64,000 bases of DNA, from NCBI GenBank assembly GCA_951406725.2, contig OX597815.1:178622001-178686000 (forward strand). Direction: 5' to 3'. The stretch comes from Octopus vulgaris. Its lineage: Eukaryota. A model generated the notes under the pieces. That model did not search any database, was not told the DNA's origin, and was given only the letters and a program-made list of their open reading frames with translations. Shown here one piece after another: positions 13,053 to 24,599 of this stretch (positions are counted from its first letter, which is position 1; the number at the start of each line of letters is the position of its first letter). The position numbers were made by a program, and so were the translations under genes.

Positions 13053-13205
13053 CTCAGGAGCATTTTTATTCATTTCTGTGAGTTCTTGTGCCAGAGCAGA
13101 CAATTCTACTTCACGCTGTAGCTGCCAAAGAGCAGTACTGTATAGATCCATCCCTTCCATGTGGTACGGTTCCAATTCACGCAATTCAGCAAACACTTTT
13201 TCAGC
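13053..13205 (-). CDS. CDC27: CDC27 exon 13 (AEKVFAELRELEPYHMEGMDLYSTALWQLQREVELSALAQELTEMNKNAPE)
   Basis: ttttag / gtattg, 153 nt. EGM..YST.LW.LQ motif. Confidence 0.97.
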
Positions 13206-13320
13206 CTAAAAGAAAAAAAAAAAGAAATTCAAAAGAAAAGTTTTTTATTCAGTTTCATAAGATTTTTGGAAAAAAAAATTTGAGACAAACCAAGCAACCA
13301 AAAATGAAATATTGATTTGT

Positions 13321-13546
13321 TTCACCCTTTGGCATTTAAACTGGTCATGTCCAGCTAAAATATTCTGTTTTATGTTTAAATTGACCAGATCTGGCCTTTC
13401 ACACCTACCCTGCAATGTCATTTTAGAAATAAACTATCATGTCATCAAAATCTTGAAGCTATGAGATAATGCATGATTAATTCAAAACAATGGGAATAAA
13501 TAAGGATTAACGTCTGACAGGATAATCTGAATGCCAAAAGGGCTAA
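13321..13546. mobile_element. Second piggyBac-type MITE family (decayed)
   Basis: CCCTTTTGGCATT ... AATGCCAAAAGGG ends. Sibling at 14640-15131 is interrupted by an RTE tail. Confidence 0.7.
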
Positions 13547-13609
13547 AGACAGAAAATTAACCTGTAACAAAGATTTTAGCCACTTAATCCAGTCAGAGAT
13601 CAAAGCTAC

Positions 13610-14240
13610 TACCCAGTGTAATTAAATACTGATTCAGGTAGGGGGGGCCCGGAAAGGGGTCTCAGGGAGTAGCGTCTCTGCTTCCACTGAGCTAGTTTTC
13701 CACCACATTTCTTAAAAATCATGGTAGAGGCCTTGGTCTTGGGACCACTCATGTCTAGAAAATGAGGTTGAGGGTAAGCAAGGGCTGCTCTCCGTAGAAA
13801 ATCCAGCTCCAAGAAAGCTTCATGTAGCAAAGGAGAATGGGCACCAGCCAGCCCAAAGGTGGGGGTGGGCTGCACCTGTCTACCTCAAAAAAGGAAGGTG
13901 CAAGCCCTCATCCTGTGTTGCGCAAACATGAGTATTCGGTGGAACGGCTGGCAAGGGTGAATGGAGTGTGGTGGTATGGACATGTGTTGAGGAGGGATGA
14001 GGAGCATGTTCTGAGGAGGGTGCTTAAGTTTGAGGTAAATGGGCTGCAAAGGCAAGGTAGACCGAAGAAAACATGGAGGGGACAGGTGGAGGAGGAGATT
14101 GGGAGGGTTGGCTTGAGAAGGGAGGATGCCCAAAACAGGGCAAGATGGCAAGATGGTGTGAGGGTAGTTGCTATGGCATTGAGGTAGATCTGGCCACCTG
14201 AACAGGCCACAAGATTTCAACAGAAAAGGGGAGAGTGACA
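13610..14240 (+). mobile_element. RTE-derived element of another family (probably 5' UTR fused to ORF end)
   Basis: ORF 13837-14187 contains WYGHVLRRDEEHVLRRVLKFEVNG..QGRPKKTW. Confidence 0.75.
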
Positions 14241-16335
14241 AATGATATAAAAGGGTCCAAGTAAATATATGTCAAGTACGAGACTTGGTACAACAGAGCA
14301 ATGAATTATAGATGAAATTAAGCTAACATCACTACACAAATATCGCTTTCTACGACTGCCAGAGCATCATCTCCAGTATCAAGAATTAGGATTCTGCAAC
14401 ATGTTTCACTGATATGTTCCAGAGTATGAGAGCTGCAGCTGGCCATGTCGGTAGGTCAAGCTCCTCATAATTTTCTGCTCTATTACTAGCAATGTGCTGT
14501 GACCATGGCCAAGACACTTGACTCTTACTCAGTCCAGGGAACAACAAACACAGGGCATTGTTACAGAAACCATGAGGAAGCGAGTCTGCAGTGTTGAGGC
14601 CATTATAGGAACAGGATTTTGTTATACAAAGCAGAAACTAAACCCTTTAGCTTTTAAGCCAGCCAAACCTGGCCAAAACAGCCAGATAGGGTTTCTCACA
14701 GCTACCTTACAATCATCAGCATCGTCATCATCATTTAACGTCTGTTTTCCATACTGGCATGGGTTGGACGGTTCGACTGAGGACTGGTGAGCCAGAAGGT
14801 TGCACCAGGCTCCAATCTGATCTGACAAAGTTTCTACAACTGGATGCCCTTCCTAGTGCCAACCACTCCGAGAGTGTAGTGGGTGCTCTTTATGTGCCAC
14901 TGGCACGAGGGCCAGTCAGGCGGTTGTGGCAACAACCACACTCAAAAGGTATTTTTTACGTGTTACCTGCATGGGAGCCAGTCCGGCAGCACTGGCAACG
15001 ACCATGCTCGAATGTTGTTTTTACCACGCTCAAAAAAATCTCAGAGGTACCAAGATAATGCTACATTAATTCGAAAGAATGTCAATAAATAAGAATTATA
15101 ATACAATTTAATTTGAATGCTAAAGGGTTAAATAGCACAGTTTGAATCTGTCATTAGTTCCCTGTAGTGTTCAGATTCAGTTGCCATTTGTCTTTGTCAG
15201 CTTTACCAAGACCCATTTCTGGTTGATTAATATTGTGTCTGATGGTTAATGAGTAGCAATATGAAGTTGAAAATCATTAGGCTTTGCAATCGATTATCAT
15301 CATCATCGTCGTTTAACGTCTGCTTTCCATGCTAGCATGGGTTGGACGAATGACTGAGGTCTGGAGAGTCACTGGCTGCATCAGACTCCAGTCTGATCTG
15401 GCAGAGTTTCTACAGCTGGATGCCCTTCCTAACGTCAACCACTCCAAGAGTATAGTGGGTGCTTTTTACGTGCCACTGGCATGGGGCCATGACCTCGCTC
15501 AAATCTTTTTACACATGCCACCGGCACAGGTGCCAGTGAAGCGACGTTGTCCAGAGAAAAGGAGTCCACCACAAGAGTGGCAACCCCACCATATAGTTTA
15601 GCTGATAAAGGAGGGGATGAATAAATTTTAAACAATATTGAAATAACTGTTGGACAAAAGAAATAAACAAGCTTCTTAAAATTGTCTTATAGTGATATAT
15701 GCAAATGTTTTGGCTATTTTCTTCATTTGCAAAAGGGAGAAACAGCCAAATTACAAGAAAACAGTTGTTTATACATTGCTGAACTAAAGTGCTCCAAGAA
15801 AGTCAGCATCAGTTAGAACATGGACGTTGAATGACGATGATGATGAACTTATTAAACATGATGTCATGAAGAAAACATTAAAAGAATTCAATTTTCAGTA
15901 CTTTTTTTGTTCACAGCTATTTTTCAATGCTGCCATATGTAGAATGCTTTTGCAAACTTGGACATCATATTTGAAGGAGAAAATCTATTTACAGTTGGAT
16001 ATATCTCCTCATATCACTAACCGCTTAGATGTTAAATTGCAAATGGAACCTGATGTGAAGTAAGACAGAGTTATGTACCTTGTACACAAAAAATTCCGAC
16101 AAAGCAAACACCTCGATAACCTATTTCTTTATTAACCACAAGGGGCTAAACATAGAGGGGACAAACAAGGACAGACATAGGTATCAAGTCGATTACATCG
16201 ACCCCGGTGCGTAACTGGTACTTAATTTATCGACCTCAAAAGGATGAAAGGTAAAGTCGACCTCGGCGGAATTTGAACTCAGAACGTAACGGCAGACGAA
16301 AACATTGTGCCCAGTTGTAAAAATGTGATACTTAC

Positions 16336-16508
16336 TTGAATGTAATTGTTTAGCTCAAAGTAGGCTCTAGCCACTTGGCAAAGGACCCAGCCAGTCTGGT
16401 ACTGGTGTTGTGGTAACTCACTGAGCAATTCAATAGCCCGTTTACACTCGTACTGTGTCAGAGCCTGGAATGCTCGCCCCATACTTTGCAGCAGTTTCAG
16501 TATACCAG
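16336..16508 (-). CDS. CDC27: CDC27 exon 12 (AGILKLLQSMGRAF...TGWVLCQVARAYFELNNYIQ)
   Basis: ttttag / gtaagt, 173 nt. TGWVLCQ..RAYFEL motif. Confidence 0.97.
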
Positions 16509-16544
16509 CTAAAATTTCAAAACAAAACAAAAATCAAAATTACT

Positions 16545-16936
16545 GTTCTATATTTAACAGATGAGGAATTAATTACATTATTTACATGTGACAGATATTT
16601 ATCCTCATGATATTTGTCCTCATCTTGTTTGTTGTTCACACAACGTTAAATGATGATGATGACGTTTCGGCTGATATACCCTCCAGCCTTCATCAGGTGT
16701 CTTGGGGAAATTTCGAACCTCGGTTCTCATTCCTAAGGTATTTTCCAATGTTATCATTATTATTATTATTATTATTATTATTTAGGTCACTCCCTGGAAT
16801 CGAATTCAGAATCTTGGGGTTAGTAGCCTGCACTCTTAACCACTATGCTATATGCCCAAGACACCTGATGAAGGCTGGGGGGTATATTAACAACAAACAA
16901 GATGAAGACAAATATCCGTCAAATGTAAATAATGTA
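16545..16936. mobile_element. Penelope-like foldback insertion, copy B
   Basis: Minus arm 16545-16857 (tRNA-like head to tail) plus inverted short arm 16855-16936. Flanking repeat ATCAAAATTACT / ATCAAACTTACT. Confidence 0.78.
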
Positions 16937-17164
16937 TCAAACTTACTATTTCAACATCAACACATTCCTTACAACGGAATTGCAGCTACAGACCTCTATG
17001 GGGGAACGGAATAACTTGGTGGTACTCAACCATACCTCTGGATCAGGTGGACCCTCATAGCCATTCCATGTTTTAAAAATCCTATTGTACTTTTATATTA
17101 GTAGAAATTGTATAAAAATAATGCTTAAAATATTCGAGTATTGCAAAAGTATTACCAATTTACT

Positions 17165-17800
17165 ATTTTATATTCCTGAGATGAGGAATTATGTACATTA
17201 CTTACCATGGACGGATATTTGTCCTCACCTTGTTTGCTGTTACCACAACGTTTTGGCTGATGTACTTTCCAACCTTCATCAGGTGTTCTGGTAGAATTTC
17301 GAACCCAACCCTTTATTTGACTAATGGGCTATTCTGTTCTCATTCCTAAGGTATTCTTGCTTAGCTTATGTTATTTTTTGTTGATAGTATTTCCCAAGTC
17401 CCTGTTTGGACATATGCTTGGACACAATAACCTCCTAGGCAGACCTAGTGCAGATATGAACGTAATATGGGAACCAGTATTAAGAAAAGATAAAATATTA
17501 GGTTTATAAGCCCAAAAATTCACTCTGTAATTGCCTACAGGAATATAGCATAATGGATAAGAGCACTAAGAACCCTCAGATTCTGAGTTCAATCCGAGGC
17601 AAGGACTTGGGAAATGATAATCAACAAAAGATAACCTCAGCAAAACAAGAATACCTTAGGAATGAGAACAGAGTAGCCCATTAGTCAAAAAAAGGGGGGT
17701 TGGGTTTGAAATTCCACCAGAACACCTGATGAAGGCTGGAGAATACACCAGCCGTAACAGCAAACAAGGTGAGAACATCTGTCCATCTATGGTAAATAAA
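17165..17800. mobile_element. Penelope-like foldback insertion, copy C (diverged subfamily), nested in a hAT-like MITE
   Basis: Inverted arm ~17165-17403. Plus arm encodes GHMLGHNNLLGRPSADMNVIWEPVLRKDKILGL* then a tRNA-like segment and CTGATGA core. Flanks ATTACCAATTTACT / ATAACCAATTTATT. Confidence 0.75.
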
Positions 17801-19137
17801 GAATAACCAATTTATTGCACAAAATTTATTATGGTCCCTCAAGGGTCATAAGGATCCCAGCTGAGAACCAGTGAACTAAATAAATCCAGCTCTCTTAGAT
17901 TTTCATCACTCGTGTATGCTTATTGCCTATATTATAAACTTGTGTGTTGTTAAATACTTTCATATTGGCCTGAGAAGATCAAATCTTGGTCTCGCAGACA
18001 AAGAGTAATGGGGTTTTGTCACATTGCAGGTTGCTATTTAAAACCACGTCAACTACAACCAAGAAGACCAGTAATTAATGATGTTCAAGCGATGAATATC
18101 CATTGTTTCTTGCACATAAACAGGGTGTACACTAAGGAAGTTTTGGTTGTTATTTCTAGCAGTAATTGTACCTCCACCGGCTTTTTAGAAGTAGTGCTAG
18201 TAAGGTGATCGTTACCTGTGTAGCCTTACTAGCACTTGTGCTGATAGCACATGAAAAAAAAATTTGAGCGTGGCCATTGCCAGTACCACTTAACTGGCGC
18301 TCGTGCTGGTGGCACATAAAAGCACCCACTACATTCACGGAGTGGTTGACGTTAAGAAGGGCATCCAGCTGTAGAAACTCTGCCAGATCAGATTGGAGTC
18401 TGGTGGAGCCATCTGGTTCGCCAGACCTCAGTCAAATCGTCCAACCCATGCTAGCATGGAAAGCGGACGTTAAACGATGATTAGAGAAGTGTGCAACAAA
18501 CACAAAGATAATTTTTGAAATAAAATTCTAAATAGTGAAATTGCAATTTTGGACCTTTGTCTCTTATGACTGGAAGACATATTTATACAGCCTTTTACGA
18601 TTCAACCAGTAACGTAAAACCTTGCCTTGCCAGTGCTGGTGCCATGAAAAAAGTACCCAATCCACTCTAAAGTGGCTGGCATTAGAAAGGGTGTCCAGTC
18701 ATAGAAACCATGCTAAAAAAAGACAGCGGGAGCATGGTGCAGTCCTCTGGCTTGCCAACTCCTCTCAAACCACCAAGCACATGCCGGCATGGAAAAAAAA
18801 GACTGTGGTGTACAGTGGTTTCCTCCCACTGGTGTGATGTGTGACTGCCATTATACTGTAGTCGCTGTTTTACACTAGTAGCCACAATAGTTATTAGTCA
18901 TCAGATACTGTTGTATCTCTTCGTAACGGAATAGTAATACACTAGCTTCTTGTCTTACTGTTGCATACTAGAACTGTCGAATCCCAACTCTGACTCTCGA
19001 CCCTTGTTAGTGGATTTGGTAGGCGGAAACTGAAAGAAACCTGTCATGTGTATGTGTGTCCTACCACTGATTGACAAGTAGTGTTGGTGTGTTTACACCC
19101 CTGTAACTTAGTGGGTCATCAAAAGACACCAATACAA

Positions 19138-19428
19138 GTCTGTCCCTGCATAACCAGTCAGTCAGCCCCAAACATGGCCACAGTCTGCCCACACACACAC
19201 ACACACGGCCAGTCTGCCCCTGCATGGCCACAGCCTGCCACCACACAGCCAGTCTGCCCCTGCATGGCCAGTCTCCCCCTGCATGGCCACAGCCTTCCAC
19301 CACAAGGCCAGTCTGCCCCTGCATGTCCACAGCCTGCCACCACACGGCCAGTCTGCCCCACACACACCCGGTCTACCCCACACACACACACACGCCCACA
19401 GTCTACCCCCCCACACATGCCCACAGTG
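19138..19428. repeat. GC-rich minisatellite (18/40-bp units) inside a SINE tail
   Basis: GGCCAGTCTGCCCCTGCAT(GGCCACAGCCTGCCACCACAC) repeated. Confidence 0.9.
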
Positions 19429-19644
19429 TAATTAATGAAACAAAAGATGAAAGACAAAAAAAAAACTGTATGAAATGAGACTAAAATCTATTATCACAAC
19501 TTATGAACTTGTGACCCCACAAGCGAGTAGCAGTGACAGTATATAAAAGTATGCAAAGCAGGGGTGGGGGGAGCACAAAGCTGCAAGACTGAAACCAACA
19601 ATTTCTGATAAAAAAAAAAACAGTGAAAGCAAGTAGCAACCTAC

Positions 19645-19843
19645 CTAGTGACTGTTGTCTCATATGGGCCAACTGGGAATAGTTAGGGCCATCATAACCA
19701 CAAGACTGCTTACAATCAAGGATGTTCTCTCCTTTGTTGATCTCGTTCATTTCTTGTTGTGACTTGCTCAGTTTGCTCTTAGACTTTCTAGTACCAGACT
19801 TGGGACTTGTGAAGCGTGACTTACTCTGACTTTTGTTGTTTTC
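19645..19843 (-). CDS. CDC27: CDC27 exon 11 (ENNKSQSKSRFTSPK...MRQQSL)
   Basis: ctttag / gtaggt, 199 nt. K|EN across the junction corresponds to vertebrate TTKENSKK. Confidence 0.9.
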
Positions 19844-20194
19844 CTAAAGTTTCAAAGCAAACATTTTTTTTTTAAATCAATTCAAATAAATACTTTGGTT
19901 TGTTTTAGCAATCAGAACTACGACAAAAGGATTCCACAATCAATATACAAAAACAAAGATCATTCACAATTTTCATAGTTACAAATATCTTTTACTGTTC
20001 ATACATTTTTGCTTGCTTTTTCTGAGGAGCTAAAGTGCCTCTAAGCACTGTATACAAGTTCACTATTATCATTTGTTTCAGTCATTAGACTGGGGCCATG
20101 CTGAGGCACCGCCTTGAAGGATTTCAATCAAACAAACCACCACCACCCCACCTCCAGTACTTTTTTTTAAGCCTGGTACTTATTCTATTTATGA

Positions 20195-20611
20195 TAGTGG
20201 GTAGCGATTTTCTTCACTACTTCAGGGAGTGACAACCCTGCCTGACAGGCTCAGGCTCAGCTGACAGTACCCGGTATGGGCCTCTATCTAGGGTTACAGA
20301 AAGGAGACAACCTTCAAAGAAATCCAGAGTGGAGCCCCATAGGTGGTTTAGTGTTCGACTCAACACTCTTATGACAGCTCCTGCAACCAAGCTGGTGCAA
20401 AACACAATGCTCTGCACTCCTTTGGACTACGTCAGTAAGGTCGAGAGAGGAATCCTGACGATTGGGCTACCCAGGGTTTTCTTACATCTAGCCCAGGCCT
20501 GCGCAAACTGGAGAGGACACTTCAGTGCTGCTGTAAGAAGTGGCAGAAATGTAAAAACCAGACTGGATTATTTTATGCGCAACTCCATTGTCTCCTGTGA
20601 TGATGATGATG
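20195..20611 (+). mobile_element. Probable non-autonomous RTE-related retroposon with (GAT)n tail
   Basis: GC-richer ~400-bp block ending TGATGATGATGATG. Family assignment is tentative. Confidence 0.45.
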
Positions 20612-20708
20612 AAAATATGTAAACATTGCAAATTCTTCTAAATGATAAAAGTAAAGCACATGCAATTAAATAAAACCAAAGACAATGAAGAAAGAAAAAA
20701 ATAATTAC

Positions 20709-20775
20709 TTTAACAGAGCTAGAATTCCCAAATAATCTTTGACTGCGACGAACATTTGTTACATTAGTCTGCAAC
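20709..20775 (-). CDS. CDC27: CDC27 exon 10 (LQTNVTNVRRSQRLFGNSSSVK)
   Basis: cttccag / gtaatt, 67 nt. RRS.RLF motif. Confidence 0.92.
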
Positions 20776-21302
20776 CTGGAAGCAAACGAAATTATTTGGT
20801 CATAAAAATTCAGAAATTGATAAATGAATATTTCATGAGTAAACAGTATATATTACACTTTACTAGTTTCAAATATACTTGAGTATAATGGGAGCATTCT
20901 TTAGATTTTAGAGGATAAAGAGGGATTCCAATCACAACGAATAGCAAACAATGTACCTTTGTAACACCATTTCAGATTTAAAGAAAAATTATAATTTAGT
21001 CTCAGTTGCACCTCATGGATTACCATATTTATTTCTTTATTGCCCACAGGGGGCTAAGCAGAGAGGAGACAAACAAGGACAGAAAAAGGGATTAAGTCGA
21101 TTATATCAACTCCAGTGTATAACTGGTAGTTATTTAATCAACCCCCGAAAGGATGAAAGGCAAAGGTAAACTGAATGTTAAAGGGTTAAATAACTGATAT
21201 TTTCCAAGAACAACCCAATCCACCCTCACAATGCAAGTTATAAAGATTTTCTTTTTAATTCACAACACAGATATAAAAGGTGACATTATTGTTGAAGCTT
21301 AC

Positions 21303-21421
21303 CCTGACTGTTGATTAGAAGTAGCCAGTTCTCGCGTGTTGGTGTTGCCTGATTGACTAAAAACTGTCGGCTTTGGTATGGAGGGATGAAGGTTTTGGTT
21401 TTGACTTCTACGTGTAACAGG
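21303..21421 (-). CDS. CDC27: CDC27 exon 9 (PVTRRSQNQNLHPSIPKPTVFSQSGNTNTRELATSNQQS)
   Basis: tttgtag / gtaagc, 119 nt. Conserved VFSQSGN. The reading frame differs from the one in the ORF track. Confidence 0.9.
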
Positions 21422-21870
21422 CTACAAATTAAGTTAACAAAATAACTACATGTTAAAAATATCAAAAAGATATACAAAACAACGGCAATATCATCAAATT
21501 CTAAAATTCAAGAGTAAGTTTCGTTTTTACTTTTCCAAATATATTTTACCAATTTCATCAAGAAAGTTTGCTGTTTATTTAACCTTTAATAAAGTTTTCT
21601 ATTATTTTGCTATCATGGAAGCAGACAGAATAGCATCATGAATGCTTTAATTAAATCTTCTCCAATATCGTTTTAAACATTAATGCCTATTTGAACATTG
21701 GGATATTTCCTGAAGGCATTGCTAGATTTAGAGAGCAATTGGACTTTATACAATAGAGGAACTCAATAGAAAATGATGGTGAAAATAGATCACCCACAAT
21801 AACATTCCCAATTTACATTATGGAAAAGAAGAAAAATTCAAGGATAGATGAGTAAAAAAAGAATTTCCAC

Positions 21871-21997
21871 CTTTTGACCCCGGGGTGCACGGGGTTGATC
21901 AGAAACTAAATTCTCTGAAAGACCAACAGGAGTAACTTGAGTAATATAGGGCACACTCTCTTGAGGACTCGGTACTTCTAATGGAAACACTCCAAAA
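21871..21997 (-). CDS. CDC27: CDC27 exon 8 (SFGVFPLEVPSP...PRGQK)
   Basis: ttctacag / gtggaa, 127 nt. Matches SFGILPLETPSP. Confidence 0.88.
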
Positions 21998-22290
21998 CTG
22001 TAGAAAGTAAAATTGAAATCTAAATTTTCAAACACAAGTTTTATCATTTATCACAATTAGAAACAAAATTACTAATTATTCATCTATCATCGCCATCGTC
22101 ATTTTATGTCTAACATGACAGCAAATTTAAACCTTGAAATTTTGTGATCAATCTTTTGAATATTCCTCTTGTTTCATTCCTATTCCTAAACTGCTTTTTC
22201 ACTCACCCATCTTCTCTTTGTGTTTCACATTCATATTATTACACACAACTTCATATTCTGCATTCTTCCTCAATAAACACCTTTAATACA

Positions 22291-22688
22291 GTTCTATATT
22301 TAAGAGATGAGGAATTATGTAGATAATTTACATTTGACGGATATTTGTCCTCATCTTGTTTGTTGTTAATGCAACATTTCGGCTGATATACTCTCCAGCC
22401 TTCATCAGGTATCTTGGGGGAAATTTCAAACCTGGGTTCTCATTCCTAAGGTCTATGCCCATGGTCATATGGCGTAGTGGTTAAGAGCGCAAACTACTAA
22501 CCCCAAGATTCCAAGTTCGATTCCAGGCAGTGACCTGAATAATAACATCGAAAACTACCTTAGGAATGAGAACCCAGGTTCGAAATTTCTCCAAGACACC
22601 TGATGAAGTCTGGAGGGTATATCAGCTAAAACATTGTGTTAACAACAAACAAGATGAGGACAAATATCCGTCAAATGTAAATAATATA
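22291..22688. mobile_element. Penelope-like foldback insertion, copy D
   Basis: Inverted arm 22291-22452. Plus arm has A box TGGCGTAGTGG (22470-22480), B box AGTTCGATTCC (22514-22524) and a hammerhead remnant (22596-22639). Flanks TAAACACCTTTAATA / TAAACATCTTTATTA. Confidence 0.8.
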
Positions 22689-24171
22689 TAAACATCTTTA
22701 TTAAAAAAATTATTCCCTCTTTAGTAATTTTCCTCTTTATTACAAGCCTTGCACACACAAATTTTTTTGTGGGTGGGAGGGGGAAGCTTTATTATTTTTA
22801 TATTATTATTATTATTAACAGGGTCGTAAAGTGGTAGAAATGATAAAGCACTGGACTATATGCTTGGTGTTGAGAAACTGTGGGGAGAGGATCAGTGAGA
22901 GGTGAGAAGTGTCTTAAGGAAGTGGAGGTGGGTCAAACAAAGGAAGCTGAAAAGGTGTTGAGGTAACAGTAGTAGAGAAGCCACGAAGGGCAGGTAAGTA
23001 GGTTGGAGACATGGAAAAGAGGGCATTGAAATAAAAGAGGAGCAGGGTGAAAGCAGAAGAGGATTGCCGCAAAGGCATCCTAGCCACCATCAGCGCCTGT
23101 TTCAGTGTTCTCCCTGCCATACTTGTCCAACAGCGTAGGCTTTTCTCCAGCAGTACAACTTAGGCAAAAGCATATTGAGATCAATCTCCACCATCTTCAT
23201 TCTATGTATTTCTTCATCTTCAACAGACACCATCCACTCTTAACACTCCACACTTCTTCATGCAACTTTTGTTCCTTCTCGAGCCATGCCTGGCTCATAA
23301 GGGCCAATTTCCCGGTTTCCTTGGCGTATAGGTTCCCCACCAGGACGAGACACCAGTCCGTCGCAGATGAGCTGCAAGATGCAGGAGGAAAGAGAGAGAG
23401 AAAGTTGTGGCGAAAGAGTCAGCAGAAGTTCGCCATTACCTTCTGCCGGAGCCGCATGGAGCTTAGGTGTTTCGATCATAAACACACTCCGCTGCTCTAA
23501 CCACTTCATGCAACTGTCAAAATCCTTATGCATCACATGTCCAAACCAATGCAATCTTCTCTCTTGCATGTTGCATCTAATTCATCTTGATACACAGCTT
23601 CCCTCTTTCAGATATCATACTCACCATTTCTTTCTAGTCTTCACAAGTCTCAAAGCAGAGAAGACTTTTATGGACATTCTATACCAGTGATGTACTGGAG
23701 CTTCACACAAATCTGTGCTGGTGCCACATTAGAAAAAAAAAACAGTACACTTTGTAGTGGTTAGTGTCAGGAAGAGCATCCAGGCAAAGAAACCATGCCA
23801 AAACAGATAATTAGAGCCTGATGCAACTCTCCAACTTACCAGGTCCCGTCAAACTGTCCAACCCATGCCAGCATGGAAAGCAAACATTAGATGACGATGT
23901 GACCTGTTTCCAAACTTAGAATCATTACTATTTTCGAAAAGACAAATTGGCAAAATCCCAACTTATAAAATTATTGGGTAAAACATCAAAGTTATTTAGG
24001 TTTTGTTTTTTTTCTTCTTTTTTTTCAAGGTCACGAAACCTAACTGAATTCAATATTCACAAGTTTCGCCCCCACCTCCCATTTAACAGTAGATGACTGT
24101 ACCCTAATGATCTCAAGACACTATTCCAAACCATCTATTTTCTTGCCAGGTTAGTAACATTCTGAGTCATG

Positions 24172-24599
24172 TATAAGGTCTGATCAAAAACGTATTGGGG
24201 ATGTTGCTATGGTAACAGAGCTAAACTAAAACCAAGTGAAGCCACTTGGCACAGCTTGACCTTCAACTGTCATGCATGCACGCTAAGTTTTGCACTCGCT
24301 TTTGTTGTTTATAGAAGTGTGTAGATGTAGAAAATCTACTTCAAAAAGATCAGGTTTCTTTGAGGAAGAAAACATTTTGAAGATGGTCAAATCAGGTGAC
24401 AAATCAAGTGGGGCAGGGTTAGGTTTAGGATCTCAAAACCAAAGCTCAGTCTTGGCAGTGGAAGACCCATGATTTCAAGATGATCAATGAAACCAAAGAG
24501 AATGCGACAAAGCAGCATCATGCTGTCCCCAAAAGGGAGTTCCAGGAATGCTTCCATCAATGGAAATGATGCTGGATAAAGTGTATACCTTCAAAAGGA
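24172..24599 (+). mobile_element. Internally deleted mariner remnant
   Basis: TIR-like GGTCTGATCAAAAA. TKAQS.QWK and PKREFQECFHQWK*CWIKC fragments. Confidence 0.7.

Noticed and set aside
18855-18910. Minus-strand CTGATGA with hairpin
   Set aside because: The GAAAC core is absent or misplaced and stem I cannot pair.
19061-19478. Overlapping ORFs on both strands
   Set aside because: They are an artefact of a stop-free GC-rich minisatellite.
22463-22536. Functional tRNA gene (ACT anticodon)
   Set aside because: The acceptor, anticodon and T stems are imperfect, there is no oligo-T terminator, and it recurs only inside the repeat family.
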